Origin: an uncultured Burkholderiales bacterium
GTDB taxonomy: Bacteria > Pseudomonadota > Gammaproteobacteria > Burkholderiales > Burkholderiaceae_C
DNA: 64,000 nucleotides
NCBI GenBank assembly: GCA_966211815.1
Contig: CBIHOD010000005.1
Span: forward strand, 55,803 to 119,802
Direction: 5' to 3'
Shown here: one piece after another, positions 10,561 to 19,632 of the stretch
Layout: every line of letters starts with the position of its first letter
How positions within the stretch are numbered: position 1 is the stretch's first letter
Notes under the pieces: model-generated
The model's input: only the letters and a program-made list of their open reading frames with translations
Told to the model about the DNA's origin: nothing
The model's database searches: none
Position numbers and translations under genes: made by a program

Positions 10561-11359
10561 TCCGGGCCGCCGGCGTTTTTTCCTGTGCGCCATGGGCGCT
10601 TCTTTGACCGCGGGTTGCGCCTTGCCAGGCCATGCCTCGGGACGGCCGATGGTCCGGCCGTCGTCGGTCAAGCCGCGCCACGTCCTGTGCTTCCTGGGCC
10701 CATGGAAATCCTTGTCCGTCGTGGAAGACGTGGTGGGCGAGTTCGGGCAGGGCTTCAGCGTCGACCGCGATTACTCCGCGGCCGAGCCTGATCCCCGCAT
10801 GGAAAAGGCCTTCGCCGCATCGGCCGACCGTGTCAACCCGACCTTCGCCGCCGAAGACCGCGCCCGTGTGAAGCGCCATGCCGCGGTGGCCTATGTGCTT
10901 TCGCCGCCGATCGAAAAGGCCCAGGCGCTGGCAGTCTCCACGGCGGCACTTTCGCTCGTCGCGCGGTTGATCGCCAAAGCCGGGGCCGCCGCCGTGAAGT
11001 CCGAAAGCGCGGGCATCGCCCATGGGCTGGGCCACTGGCGACGCCTGGCCGAGGAGCGCGCCTTGCGCCAGGCTTGGGTGCGCCGGCCCATCCAGGACGG
11101 CGACACCCTCTATTCATGCGGCATGCACCTGCTCGGCCTGCCGGACATCGAATGCGCCGGGGGCTTCGGGGAGATGGAAGCGGTCCGGTGGATCGACGCC
11201 CTGGCGGACAGCGCCATCGGTGGCGCGCAGGCGCCGGCGCAGCGGTTCTCGGTTGACGGCAAGGCCCCGGCCAAGCGCCTGCAACCCGTGCCCTGCGAGC
11301 GCTACGCGGAGGATGATTTCTTCTTCAATCCCTACGGGTACCTGCGTCTTTCCATTTGA
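10550..11359 (+). CDS. Hypothetical exported protein (twin-arginine-like leader plus lipobox-like LTAGC)
   Basis: N-terminus is GRRRFFLCAMGASLTAGCA. The gene overlaps the preceding one by 11 nt. I recognise no catalytic motif. Confidence 0.5.
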   Translation: MPIDPGRRRFFLCAMGASLTAGCALPGHASGRPMVRPSSVKPRHVLCFLGPWKSLSVVEDVVGEFGQGFSVDRDYSAAEPDPRMEKAFAASADRVNPTFAAEDRARVKRHAAVAYVLSPPIEKAQALAVSTAALSLVARLIAKAGAAAVKSESAGIAHGLGHWRRLAEERALRQAWVRRPIQDGDTLYSCGMHLLGLPDIECAGGFGEMEAVRWIDALADSAIGGAQAPAQRFSVDGKAPAKRLQPVPCERYAEDDFFFNPYGYLRLSI

Positions 11360-11913
11360 ACGGCTTCCTGGGCGTTGGACCGGTCAATCCCTGGGGTTGG
11401 ACATTTCTCGGAATCACCGTGGGAATCGCCACAACCGCGGGCTGCCGAGCTGGGTGCTGGCGACGCCTGTGTGGTCCGGCACTTGCAACGCGAGCAGGTC
11501 TGCATGTCGAATAGTGGTGCCGATCAGCTGGGTGAAAGCTCTAAAGCTTCCTGGGCGCTGCACCCATCGGTCCTGGGTTTTGAACGCGGCCACCCGACAT
11601 TCCCGTCACCGGGCACCTTTACTAACGCGTGAAGTTTCATCGAATCGAAATGATGAAATCAATTTCGATTTTAATTTCGCGGAAGACATTAGCAACCCAG
11701 TCACACACCTTGCCGCGTCAGGAATCATTCAGAACGATCCTGCTCTTGGAGGAGCGCGCCTTCATTTCAATCAACCGTTGATAAGCACGGCTGCCCATCT
11801 GATTGTGTCATTTTCACGATATCCGAAATCAAAATTTAGCAACTGATAAATGATAGATATGATTCATTTGATAATCAACGCACTGTTGAACGAGGGTAGT
11901 GCGAAAGACCACC

Positions 11914-12285
11914 ATGGGAAAGATACTGATCATTGACGACCATTCCGACATCCGGCGTTTACTGCGCATGACTCTGGAGTTCGAGGATTGCGAGGTCCAT
12001 GAGGCGGCCGATGCTCGAACAGGCTGGGAAGCCATCCATCGGCTTCGTCCCGACCTTGTGTTGCTGGACGTGATGATGCCCGGTGGCATCAATGGCCTGG
12101 ATCTTTGCCGCGCGCTTAAATCGGACCCTGCGCTTTCGGACATCAAAGTCTTCATCCTCTCGGCGCGTTGCGGCAGCGCGGACCGTGAAGCGGGGCTGCA
12201 AGCGGGCGCTGACGCCTATCTCGTCAAACCATTCAGCCCGATGCAACTGTTGGCGTTGATCGGCGGCGTCCGGAATGAGGCTTGA
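11914..12285 (+). CDS. Stand-alone CheY-like receiver (REC) protein
   Basis: KILIIDDHSDIRRLL…DLVLLDVMMPGGINGLDLC…ILSA…AGADAYLVKPF shows the acidic pocket, phospho-Asp and conserved Lys. An alternative GTG start lies at 11899. Confidence 0.85.
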   Translation: MGKILIIDDHSDIRRLLRMTLEFEDCEVHEAADARTGWEAIHRLRPDLVLLDVMMPGGINGLDLCRALKSDPALSDIKVFILSARCGSADREAGLQAGADAYLVKPFSPMQLLALIGGVRNEA

Positions 12286-12287
12286 TC

Positions 12288-13100
12288 ATGAAGCAGTTTG
12301 AAACCAGGCTGGAATTTCCCTCCCAGGGGGAAAACTGTTTCGACGAGACCGCAACAGCCCAGATGGCGCGGATGATGATCGATTTTGGACGCATGTATCA
12401 AGAGCGTAACGATGCTCTTCAAGAAGTGACCCGCGCCCATCATGAGGCTCTGCTGTGCCTGGCCCGAGCTGCGGAACACCGCGACGACGACACAGGCGTG
12501 CACATCGTTCGCATCGGATCGCTGGCTTGTGCATTGGCGCTGCGGCTGGGGCAGCCACTCGAGTTAGCCCGGTTGCTGCGCAAAGCCGCGCCGATGCATG
12601 ACATCGGAAAAATCGGGATTCCGGACGACGTGCTCAAGAAACCCGGCGGATTGGATCCTGAAGAGAGGAAGGTCATGAACCTTCATCCGAAAATCGGTGC
12701 GGACATCCTCGGGCGCACGCGCATTCCCCTATTCCAACTGGCCGCCGAAGTGGCTTTGTCCCACCACGAGCGATACGACGGCACGGGCTATCCCAGCCGC
12801 CTGGCCGGCGAGGCAATCCCGCTTTCCGGGCGGATCGTCGCCGTGGTCGACTTCTTCGATGCGCTGACCATGGCGCGTTGCTACCGTCCCGCCTTCTCCG
12901 ATGAAAAAGCCCTGGGGATGCTCGCAGCTGAGCGGGGCAAGGCTTTCGATCCTGCGATGGTCGATTGCTTCCTGGCCCATTCTGACCAATTGATCCGGTT
13001 GCGAGACTGCATCAATCAGAGCCCTGGCGACCTCGAGAGTTTCACCGGAGAGGATCCATTCATGTATCCAATTCGCGACCCCCAACAAAGCTCAACATGA
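12288..13100 (+). CDS. HD-GYP domain c-di-GMP phosphodiesterase (no fused receiver)
   Basis: HD (APMHDIGKIGIP) and HHERYDGTGYP motifs. The start overlaps or abuts the REC gene stop (cTTGATCATG). Confidence 0.88.
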   Translation: MKQFETRLEFPSQGENCFDETATAQMARMMIDFGRMYQERNDALQEVTRAHHEALLCLARAAEHRDDDTGVHIVRIGSLACALALRLGQPLELARLLRKAAPMHDIGKIGIPDDVLKKPGGLDPEERKVMNLHPKIGADILGRTRIPLFQLAAEVALSHHERYDGTGYPSRLAGEAIPLSGRIVAVVDFFDALTMARCYRPAFSDEKALGMLAAERGKAFDPAMVDCFLAHSDQLIRLRDCINQSPGDLESFTGEDPFMYPIRDPQQSST

Positions 13101-13897
13101 CACATCCCATTCCCTTCGGACGGGTGCTCCTGGGCATGGCGTTGATGCTGCCCAGCGTTCTTCACGCCAGCGCGTTGCTCGATCGCGTCAAAGCTGAGCA
13201 ACGGTTGCGCGTGTGCATCTGGCCCGACTACTACGGCGTGACCTACCGGCATCCGCGCACCCAGCAGTTGGCCGGCATCGACATCGACCTCTCCGTGGAA
13301 TTGGGGCGCGACCTCGGCGTGAAGGTCGAGCACGTGGAATCCTCGTTCCCGAAGTTCATCGACGACTTGAAGTCAGGCAGATGCGACATCGCCATGTTCG
13401 CCGTCGCCGTGCTGCCGCAGCGCCAGGCCCAGGTCGATTTTTCCAAACCCTACCTCCAGAGCGACATCTACGGCATCACGACTCGCAGCAACCGTGTCGT
13501 GCGGGAATGGGCCGACATCGATCGTCCGGGGGTGCAGGTGGCCGTCCAGGCGGGGACTTTCATGGAACCGGTGATGGCCGGGGCGCTGAGGCACGCCACC
13601 ATGGTGGTCGTCGAGCCGCCCGCCACGCGCGAGCGGGAACTCGAAGCCGGCCGTGTCGACGTCTTCATGACTGACTACCCCTACAGCCGCCGTCTGTTGG
13701 ACAACGCAGACTGGGCTGTGCTGATATCTCCGCCAAAGCCGTTCCATGTGCTGCCTTACGCGTACGCGGTGAAACGTGGCGAGCAAGCCTGGTTGGCTGT
13801 CGTCGACGATTTCGTCGCGCGCATCAAACGCGACGGCCGGCTTGATGGCGCGGCCAAGCGCCATGGCCTGGGCGCCATCGTGGTCCGCCAACCCTGA
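13097..13897 (+). CDS. Periplasmic solute-binding protein, family 3 (amino-acid type)
   Basis: Signal peptide, then a …LRVCIWPDYYGVTY…GIDIDLSVELGRDLGVKVEHV…DIAMFAVAV…FSKPY pattern. ATGA overlap with the HD-GYP gene. Confidence 0.8.
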   Translation: MTHPIPFGRVLLGMALMLPSVLHASALLDRVKAEQRLRVCIWPDYYGVTYRHPRTQQLAGIDIDLSVELGRDLGVKVEHVESSFPKFIDDLKSGRCDIAMFAVAVLPQRQAQVDFSKPYLQSDIYGITTRSNRVVREWADIDRPGVQVAVQAGTFMEPVMAGALRHATMVVVEPPATRERELEAGRVDVFMTDYPYSRRLLDNADWAVLISPPKPFHVLPYAYAVKRGEQAWLAVVDDFVARIKRDGRLDGAAKRHGLGAIVVRQP

Positions 13898-13918
13898 GCC
13901 GCTCCGAAGGCCGGTCCA

Positions 13919-16432
13919 ATGCCCTGCCGCACCTCACGTATCGGCTCCTGGCCGCCCAGCCGCATCGCCCTATGGTCCGGTGGGTTGATCGTCCTGCTGG
14001 TGGCCATCGCCATGGGGTGGCTGGGGATGCACGAGTACGAAGAAGCTTTCAAACAAGAGCGTTCGCGAGAAGAACTCTTGGCGCGGGTGCTCGAGGACCA
14101 CGCCACGCGGACCGTTGAAGCCACAGCGATCGCTTTGGCGGCCGTGGCGGACTTGCTGGCCGCGCAGCCCCACGTCGATCCCCGTCAAACGCGCTCTGCC
14201 TTGAATCAGTCGCTGGCGGGGCTGCCCTTCCTGCGTGCCATCTCCGTGCTTGACAGCCGGGGCGCGTTGCTGGTCAGCACGACGGCACGCGATACGGGCC
14301 AGGTACTTGACCTGGGGCTGCTGGGACCGCTACCGAATGCGGGCGGCGATCGACTGGGTGGTTTCATCGCAGGCCGCAGCCTGGGGGACATGGCGCCGGC
14401 TCGCAGAAGCGGCCCCCATCCCGCCGGCGTGGGCTTCATCCCGATGGTTCACAAGGCGCGGATGAGGTCGGGCGAGGAATTGCTGTTGGTTGCGGAGATC
14501 AATCCGGACGCCTTTTCCAACCATCAAACCTTGACTTTGAATGACGAGGCCTCCGGTGCCTTGCTGACGAATTATGAAGGCGAGGTGCTGGCCACGACAC
14601 CGTCGATCCCGACCTTGGCGGGGTCCCAATTGGCTGACCACCCGGTATTCCGCAGCTATCTTCCCGCTACGGAACACGCGAGCTACCTTGGCGCGGGAGC
14701 GCGCGGCGAGCCGCAAGTGGTGGCGTTCCGGGTGTCGCGTTCGCGGCCGCTGGTTGTCATGGTGGAGCATCCTCAAGCGGCGGTGCGGGCCGACTGGTGG
14801 CAGGCTGTGCAAGCTTTCGCCGCCGTTGCCGGGGCCGCCTTGTTGTTCCTCGCCGCCATGACAGCGACCGCTTCGCGCGGCCTGCGATCCCGGGAGAGCA
14901 CCCGGCGGCTGCTCGATGAAGCACAAGCCGAGGTGGCTCGCCGAGAACGCGAACTCAGCGTGACGATCACCAGCGTGCGGCAACTCATCTTCCGCACGGA
15001 CGCGGAGGGCGCTATCACGTTCGTCAACGCGCATTGGACGGCCGTCGGGGGGGGCAGCCTGCGCAGTGCCATTGGGCAGAAGCTCCACGACCTCGTATTG
15101 CCCGAACAGCGTGCCAAGATCCGCGCACTTTTTTCCGCCCATGCCGGAGCCGGTGTTCGCACGGCACATGCATCGGCGGTGGGCCACGACGGCGTGCTCC
15201 GCCATTTCGACATGGCGGTGGTCCCCCTGCAGCAGGAAGGCGGCATGGTTTCCTTCGCGGGGTGCGCGACCGAAGTGACGGAACGCGTCATCGCCGAGCA
15301 AAAACTCCAGACCCAGCTTGCGGTGTCCGCACTGATGCTTGAAGTCAGCCCGTTGCCTTTGTGGATGTGCGACTTGTCGGGCAATTACGTCAGCGTCAAC
15401 CAGGCCTGGGAGGAATTCTCAGGCTGCCGTCGCGGCGAAGTGATCGGTCAGCATTCATCCAGGTGGCTTTCTCGCGAGGAAGCTGCGTTACACGAGGCGC
15501 ATGACCGAGCGTTGCTGGCACAAGGCGTTGGGGGGCGGGTGCGTTACGAAGCCTGCGTCGGGCACCGCGACGGTTCGCAACGCGACGCCATGCTGATCAA
15601 AGTGGTGGTCGCGGGCGATGGCGGGCTCCCGTCCGGCATTCTGTCCGTCCTGATGGACGTGAGCGAATTCCGGGCGGCCGAGCGCGCCACAAGGGAGGCA
15701 CGCGATCTCGCTGAAGAGGCGTCGCGCGCAAAGACCGAGTTCGTCGCAAACATGAGCCATGAACTGCGCACCCCGCTGCAGTCCATCATCGGCTTCGCTG
15801 AATTGGGCGTGGCGCGGGGCCGCGAACATGCCAGGCTGGCGGCCATGTTCGGAGACATCCACGCCGCGGGTGAACGGATGCTGGCTTTGGTTAACGACTT
15901 GCTCGACGTTTCCAAGATCGAAAGCGCGGTGGGCACATTTCATCTGGAGAGAATCGATTTGCGCACGCTGGTGCGTTCGGTGGCGCGAGAGTTGGAGCCT
16001 CTGATCGCTAGTCGGCAATTGCGCCTGGAGACGCAGTTGTCGGATTTGCCATTGACAGCGAAGGTCGACCCGACGCGCTTCCAGCAGGTCGTCCGCAACG
16101 TCTTGGCCAATGCCATCAAGTTCTCCCCGCCGCAAGGTTTGGTTCGTATCGTGGGTGGGGTGGCATCCGGCGGCGACATTCAGTTGACCATCTCCGATCG
16201 CGGGCCGGGCATTCCGCCGGCGGAGATCGACCGCATCTTCGAACCTTTCGTCCAATCCAGTCGAACCAAGGACGGTTCCGGCGGCACTGGCCTGGGCCTG
16301 GCCATTTGCCGAAAAATTCTCGAGGTGCATGGGGGGGGGATCCATGCCGAAAACCTGCCGGAGGGCGGGACTGCCTTCCATATCGAATTGCCAGCGCGTG
16401 GTGCGACGGAAACGGCTCCCTTGCCTTTGTGA
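13919..16432 (+). CDS. Sensor histidine kinase (two TM helices flanking a periplasmic domain of about 250 aa, two PAS, HisKA, HATPase_c; no receiver)
   Basis: H-box FVANMSHELRTPLQSI, N-box VRNVLANAIKFSP, G1 SDRGPGI and G2 GGTGLGLAICRKI. PAS-like segments lie between residues ~330 and 590. Confidence 0.9.
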   Translation: MPCRTSRIGSWPPSRIALWSGGLIVLLVAIAMGWLGMHEYEEAFKQERSREELLARVLEDHATRTVEATAIALAAVADLLAAQPHVDPRQTRSALNQSLAGLPFLRAISVLDSRGALLVSTTARDTGQVLDLGLLGPLPNAGGDRLGGFIAGRSLGDMAPARRSGPHPAGVGFIPMVHKARMRSGEELLLVAEINPDAFSNHQTLTLNDEASGALLTNYEGEVLATTPSIPTLAGSQLADHPVFRSYLPATEHASYLGAGARGEPQVVAFRVSRSRPLVVMVEHPQAAVRADWWQAVQAFAAVAGAALLFLAAMTATASRGLRSRESTRRLLDEAQAEVARRERELSVTITSVRQLIFRTDAEGAITFVNAHWTAVGGGSLRSAIGQKLHDLVLPEQRAKIRALFSAHAGAGVRTAHASAVGHDGVLRHFDMAVVPLQQEGGMVSFAGCATEVTERVIAEQKLQTQLAVSALMLEVSPLPLWMCDLSGNYVSVNQAWEEFSGCRRGEVIGQHSSRWLSREEAALHEAHDRALLAQGVGGRVRYEACVGHRDGSQRDAMLIKVVVAGDGGLPSGILSVLMDVSEFRAAERATREARDLAEEASRAKTEFVANMSHELRTPLQSIIGFAELGVARGREHARLAAMFGDIHAAGERMLALVNDLLDVSKIESAVGTFHLERIDLRTLVRSVARELEPLIASRQLRLETQLSDLPLTAKVDPTRFQQVVRNVLANAIKFSPPQGLVRIVGGVASGGDIQLTISDRGPGIPPAEIDRIFEPFVQSSRTKDGSGGTGLGLAICRKILEVHGGGIHAENLPEGGTAFHIELPARGATETAPLPL

Positions 16433-16576
16433 ATGTCGAGCTACCCGCATCCCTGGCGGGTTTCATCCGCGGGGCCGTGGCGCCTGTTGCCTGGCAATGG
16501 GCACGCGGGTTGCCGTCCACGAGGGTGCCCTGGCCACCGGCCGGGCCTTCATCAACCATCAGCCAGGAGCAGCCCC

Positions 16577-17137
16577 ATGCACTCAGCCAATGCCACCACT
16601 TCCCGGTCCACTTCCGGCAGCCGCAAAAGCGCCACCGCCGCCAGGAAGCCCGCCCGCAAGACGGCCGCCGCCAACGACGCGCTGCGCCTGTTGAAGGCGG
16701 ACCACGCCGAGGTGAAAGCGCTATTCAAGCAGTATGAAAAACTCGCCAAGGCCGAGGCCGAGGCGACGGAAAAGCAGGAGATCGCGACTCAGATCTGCCA
16801 GATGCTCACCGTGCACGCGCAGATCGAAGAGGAGATCTTCTACCCCGCCGCGCGCCAGGTGCTCGACGAGCAGGACCTCGTCGACGAAGCCGATGTCGAG
16901 CACGCCAGCGCCAAGGACTTGATCGCGCAGATCGAAGCCTCCGACCCGAGCGACGACCACTACGACGCCAAAGTCAAGGTGCTGGGCGAATACATCAACC
17001 ACCACGTCGAGGAAGAAGAGAAGGAACTCTTCAAGGCGATCAAGAAGGCCGGCCTGGACACTCGCCAGGTGGGCGAGGAGCTGGCCGCGCGCAAGGAAGA
17101 GCTGATGCCTTCCGAAGGCCTGGACACGGCGGTCTGA
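16577..17137 (+). CDS. Hemerythrin HHE cation-binding domain protein with a basic N-terminal tail
   Basis: LLKADHAEVKALF…HAQIEEEIFYP…EHASAKDLI…INHHVEEEEKELF His/Glu pattern. AGGAGC RBS 6 nt upstream of the ATG. Confidence 0.72.
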   Translation: MHSANATTSRSTSGSRKSATAARKPARKTAAANDALRLLKADHAEVKALFKQYEKLAKAEAEATEKQEIATQICQMLTVHAQIEEEIFYPAARQVLDEQDLVDEADVEHASAKDLIAQIEASDPSDDHYDAKVKVLGEYINHHVEEEEKELFKAIKKAGLDTRQVGEELAARKEELMPSEGLDTAV

Positions 17138-17193
17138 TGCCGCATGCGGGCCCGGCGCCAGCCGTGGATGGCCGGAAGCCGGTGCCCGAGAGT

Positions 17194-17823
17194 TCAATCG
17201 GGCCCCTCAGGCGGGCCCGGCATGCCGGATCCGCGGGACGGGCCCTCGACCAGGGTGCGGAACGTGACCGACCAGCGCAGCCCCGGTGTCGGCGCCACGC
17301 TGTGCTGCCATTCCCAGCGGGCCACGCCTTCCATGCGGTAGATCGACCGCGGCGCGACCCTCAATCGAAGACCGGTGCGATTGGTGCGGGGCGTGGGTGG
17401 GTAAGGCCTGAAACGCAGCTCGGCTTCACCGCCCAGTGACACGCCGGCGATGGTTTCAAAATCCGGCACGTCGCGGTGCCATCCCAGCGGCGTGCCGGGC
17501 GCGTACTCGGCCACCAGCGCGTGCCGCAATGCCGTGGCGGGCAAACCCAGCCAATCGGCGACCCTGTCGCGCAGCGCATGCAGCCTGTCGTCGATCGGCG
17601 GTGCCGGCAACAGTCGGTTGTCGTCGAAGTCGTAGCGGCCGCCGAAGCTCGCAATGCGGCGCCGCGCGGTGTATTGCTTGTAGCGCGCCGATTGCAAGGG
17701 CAGGGACCGCACGAGCGCGATCAGCGCCTGTTCTTCGGCGGCATCCAGGAAGTCCGGCTGGTAACGCAAGCCCGGCAGGGCTGGCCAAGGTTCAGCCGGG
17801 TCGAAGAGACTTTCTTGCCGCAT
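17194..17823 (-). CDS. AlkB-like Fe(II)/2-oxoglutarate-dependent dioxygenase
   Basis: HxD…H facial triad context (LGWHRDVPDF … WEWQHSV) and RWSVTFR. Start trimmed to MRQESLF. Confidence 0.72.
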   Translation of the reverse strand: MRQESLFDPAEPWPALPGLRYQPDFLDAAEEQALIALVRSLPLQSARYKQYTARRRIASFGGRYDFDDNRLLPAPPIDDRLHALRDRVADWLGLPATALRHALVAEYAPGTPLGWHRDVPDFETIAGVSLGGEAELRFRPYPPTPRTNRTGLRLRVAPRSIYRMEGVARWEWQHSVAPTPGLRWSVTFRTLVEGPSRGSGMPGPPEGPD

Positions 17824-17989
17824 GGACGGGACGCGAGGTGTCGCCGCGCGCTCATTGCGGCCGCAGGCCGTGAAACACGGCCCGGAGAGCCTGCCTTGGC
17901 GGCGGCTGCCAGGCCCTCCGATTGCTGTGGAAGGGGCAGCGGGACGACACGATGCGCCTTCCGCCCCTCGCCACCCAGGAGCACAGGCC

Positions 17990-19033
17990 ATGCTGCAAAC
18001 CCCCGATGAAACCTCCGAAGGCCAGCCCAACCGGGTCATCGACGCCGTGTCCAAAGCCATCGCCGCCGTGCGGGCCGACGACGACGCGCTGGCGTTGGCC
18101 AGGGCGCATGAAAGCCTCCGGCCGAAAGCGATCGAGAAGCTCGGCGTGGCCGAGGCGCGCCGGCAGCCGACGCAGGCCGACGCGGTCGGGCTGCTGCTGT
18201 CGGAGCAGGGGCGTCCCGTCGATCCGCAGGTCCACTTCCCGGGCGTGCGCACGTCCGAGATCGAGGTCGACGGCGCGGCCGGACCTTTGCCGGCCACGGT
18301 GTACATGCCCGCCGGCTTTCCGGCGCCGTTGCCGGTGGTGCTGTACTTCCACGGCGGCGGCTGGGTGATCGCCGACCGCAAGGTCTATGACGGCGGCGCC
18401 CGGGGCATCGCCAAGGCCGCGGGGGCGATCGTGGTCTCCGTCGACTACCGCCAGGCGCCGGAGTACAAATTTCCGGTCCCATGGGACGACGCGTTGGCCG
18501 CCTACCACTGGCTCACGCTGAACGCCGCGTCGGTCGGCGGCGACCCGGCCCGGCTGGCCCTGGCCGGCGAAAGCGCCGGCGGCAACCTCGCGGTGGCCAC
18601 CGCGATCGCCGCCCGCGACGCCGGCTTTCGGGCGCCCCGGCATGTGCTGGCGGTCTATCCGGTCGCGCAGACGAGCTTGAACACCGAGTCCTACCTGGAA
18701 AACGCAATCGCCAAACCGCTCAACCGCGAGATGGTGAAGTGGTTCGTGAACCACCTCGTGCGCAGCGATGACGACCTGCGGGACCCGCGCTTGTCCCTCG
18801 TCGACGCCGACTTGAAGGGCCTGCCCCCGGTAACCCTGGTCAACGCGCGGCTGGACCCGCTGCGTGGCGACGGCGCGAAGCTGCAGCGGGCGCTGGAGAT
18901 GGCGGGCGTGGACGTCGCCCGGCAGGAATACGAAGGTGTCGCCCATGAGTTCTTTGGTGCCGCGGCGGTGCTGGAGAAGGCCCGCCAGGCCCAGGCTTTC
19001 GCCGGCATGCGGCTGTCCGCTTCGTTGAATTGA
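17990..19033 (+). CDS. Alpha/beta hydrolase-fold-3 esterase/lipase (HSL family)
   Basis: Oxyanion HGGGW motif, nucleophile elbow GESAGGN, and C-terminal D…H (DPLRGDG … GVAHEF). Confidence 0.85.
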   Translation: MLQTPDETSEGQPNRVIDAVSKAIAAVRADDDALALARAHESLRPKAIEKLGVAEARRQPTQADAVGLLLSEQGRPVDPQVHFPGVRTSEIEVDGAAGPLPATVYMPAGFPAPLPVVLYFHGGGWVIADRKVYDGGARGIAKAAGAIVVSVDYRQAPEYKFPVPWDDALAAYHWLTLNAASVGGDPARLALAGESAGGNLAVATAIAARDAGFRAPRHVLAVYPVAQTSLNTESYLENAIAKPLNREMVKWFVNHLVRSDDDLRDPRLSLVDADLKGLPPVTLVNARLDPLRGDGAKLQRALEMAGVDVARQEYEGVAHEFFGAAAVLEKARQAQAFAGMRLSASLN

Positions 19034-19092
19034 AGCGGCGCCCCGGCCGCCGGTGCGGCGGATAGCGGAAGGCCGACGGTTTCCAGGTCTCT

Positions 19093-19404
19093 TCAAGGTT
19101 GCGGCGATGGGCTGCTCGGGCTGCGGCACTGCCTCGGCAACAAATCGATGACCACGCGCTCCCCTTCGCAAAGCAGGATGGGGTCTTCGTCCGCCTGGCG
19201 CGAGCCGAAACCCGGTAGCGAGGGGATGCCGGCCGTGTCCAGCGACGCCAGCCGAGCCGGCGGGAAGGCCGGCTCGGCGCCATCGGACATTCCCGACAGG
19301 GACGGCGGAATTCCATCGGTTTGTTGTGCCTGTGCCGATGACGATGCTGCGGCGACGCAAAGCGCGGCGGCTGCAAAAAACACAGAGAAATTTGCACGCG
19401 GCAT
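19093..19404 (-). CDS. Small secreted hypothetical protein
   Basis: Strong AGGAGAG RBS and signal peptide MPRANFSVFFAAAALCVAAASSSAQA. No known motif. Confidence 0.5.
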   Translation of the reverse strand: MPRANFSVFFAAAALCVAAASSSAQAQQTDGIPPSLSGMSDGAEPAFPPARLASLDTAGIPSLPGFGSRQADEDPILLCEGERVVIDLLPRQCRSPSSPSPQP

Positions 19405-19632
19405 GGTTTCTCTCCTGAAAAGATGGGCGGCTGGCGCCGCCGCTGCCGCGTCACCGACGGGGCGTCGCGCGGGCAGGGGGCTTTTCGGGCGCCTGCGGCG
19501 CGGAACGACTGCTTGAGGGTCGACGCGGGTTCATCCGTTGTCAGGCAAACGGCGTTCCCTTCGGACTGAACGCGAATTCGGAAAAAACGGTGTTTCCCTT
19601 TGTTCGCAGCGCCGGTCGCGCAGGGCCCGCTG

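Noticed and set aside
11022-11846. 274-aa ORF running from inside the hypothetical exported protein gene into the AT-rich spacer; also 11375-11632
   Set aside because: It is out of frame with the better-supported 10550-11359 gene. Its second half crosses palindromic AT-rich DNA with no coding periodicity.
11914-13100. Calling REC plus HD-GYP a frameshifted pseudogene of a fused RpfG-type gene
   Set aside because: Both ORFs are intact with their own plausible starts, and the HD-GYP protein has its own ~50-aa N-terminus. A split arrangement is equally likely. It is left as a question inside the module finding.
9927-16432. Classical tRNA-integrated genomic island
   Set aside because: No integrase, excisionase or transposase gene is present, and I did not find a direct repeat of the tRNA-Ser 3' end. 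It is recorded only as a core/accessory boundary with a lower-GC module.
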